A stretch of 64,000 nt of DNA from NCBI GenBank assembly GCA_020137815.1, contig CM035358.1:434001-498000 (forward strand), read 5' to 3'. The notes beneath the pieces were generated by a model. It was not told where the DNA came from. It saw only the letters and a program-made list of their open reading frames with translations, and did no database searches. Origin of the DNA: Hormiphora californensis (Eukaryota; Animalia; Ctenophora). This document shows, one piece after another, positions 63,027 through 64,000 of this stretch. A program made the translations under genes and the position numbers. Each line of letters begins with the position of its first letter. Position 1 is the stretch's first letter.

Positions 63027-64000
63027 ACTCAGCAGCTTCAAAATGAGTTCAAACCATAACTGCAATTGGAAGAGTTAATTGATCGTTTGAGACCGGAATG
63101 ATCAATATCGTGCGGAACTGGAACTGGAAGGACATGATATAGGAAATGAAATAGAAAATTATTTGGTATTGGTGTTGTTTATTGATTATTATATCATGAG
63201 GCCGACATGTTGCTTGTGCGACGTGAGTCAGAGTCTGAGAGAATGAAGTTCAATGTACGAGTCACGTTTTATTTTTAAGAAAATCCTTGTTTTTATGCTC
63301 GAGGCAGAGAAAATGCACGCGAAGTTTTTACTTTAACGTTGCTAATTTACGCCGCGCTTTTAAACTTTGCAACTCGCGCGCGCCCGAATTTGAAAAGTTT
63401 AAAATTATAATTTTTCCAAGCTCAAGACAAAACTTCAAATTTGCACATTTTTTTCACCTCCCGTTCGCTTTCGTGGGTTTCATGTGTGTTTGAAAGTCTA
63501 AAGTCTGTAAGTGCTTTCAGATCAAGAGCCTTATCACTCAATACTTCCTTAAATAATTATAACATCTCATCTGTATTGAGCGGAACCGACCAATTTCTGG
63601 TCCTCCACATATTGTTCAGAGCTAGGGTTTTTTGAGTGCGTATTCTTGTTCGTTTGTGTGTGGTGGGTGTATGGGTTAGTAGGATCTTGGCAACTGAGAT
63701 GTGGAGTAGAGTCTGAGGGTAGTCGAGAATTGGCCGAGTATGGGCCAGGAGAAAACAGTTACAAGAAACGTGTACCGTTACGAAAACGGCTGAAAGTGCA
63801 GTTATTCCTGCAGACTGTAAATGAACACTTCGAAAGTGATGATAAGTACGTGTTTATCAATGACAATCTTACTATTTTTATGTAAACGATGTGTGCTGAA
63901 CATGATTTACTGTTTCCAAGTAGTCTAGGTATACTGTGTCCGTCTGTGTGTGCAACTTTGTGTTCTCTTGTGAGATGACCATTTTTTAATTAACTTATTT

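Overview
This is eukaryotic (animal) genomic DNA with many short GT-AG introns (about 80-150 bp). Intron size, a nested intronic gene and splice acceptors just before start codons suggest a ctenophore such as Pleurobrachia; this is an inference, not a database match. The left ~25 kb is mostly repeats. It holds a 5.1-kb 'Russian doll' of two non-autonomous DNA transposons (outer 9-bp TSD; inner Merlin-like, 8-bp TSD, filled by a palindromic 10-bp/165-bp satellite), a duplicated element ending in a hairpin with matched changes in both arms, a 31-bp minisatellite and a Ty3/Gypsy LTR retrotransposon. About 12.5-25.7 kb looks like error-rich, unpolished long-read sequence. The right ~39 kb is gene-dense: a Gln-rich putative nuclear protein (+), FUBP/KHSRP-like KH protein (-), intronless ADSL (-), a hAT transposase remnant, NIFK/Nop15 (+) with an antisense BTB-domain gene inside its last intron, ZDHHC12-like (+), YIPF1/2-like (+) with an Academ-type MITE in an intron, and an integrin alpha (+) with a 1.9-kb intronic 33-bp satellite. 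The most notable signals are the nested foldback element, probable SL trans-splicing with an operon-like ADSL-FUBP pair, tandemly duplicated splice sites and repeat-borne clusters of CSL, CRE and RFX motifs. Exon coordinates were read by eye.
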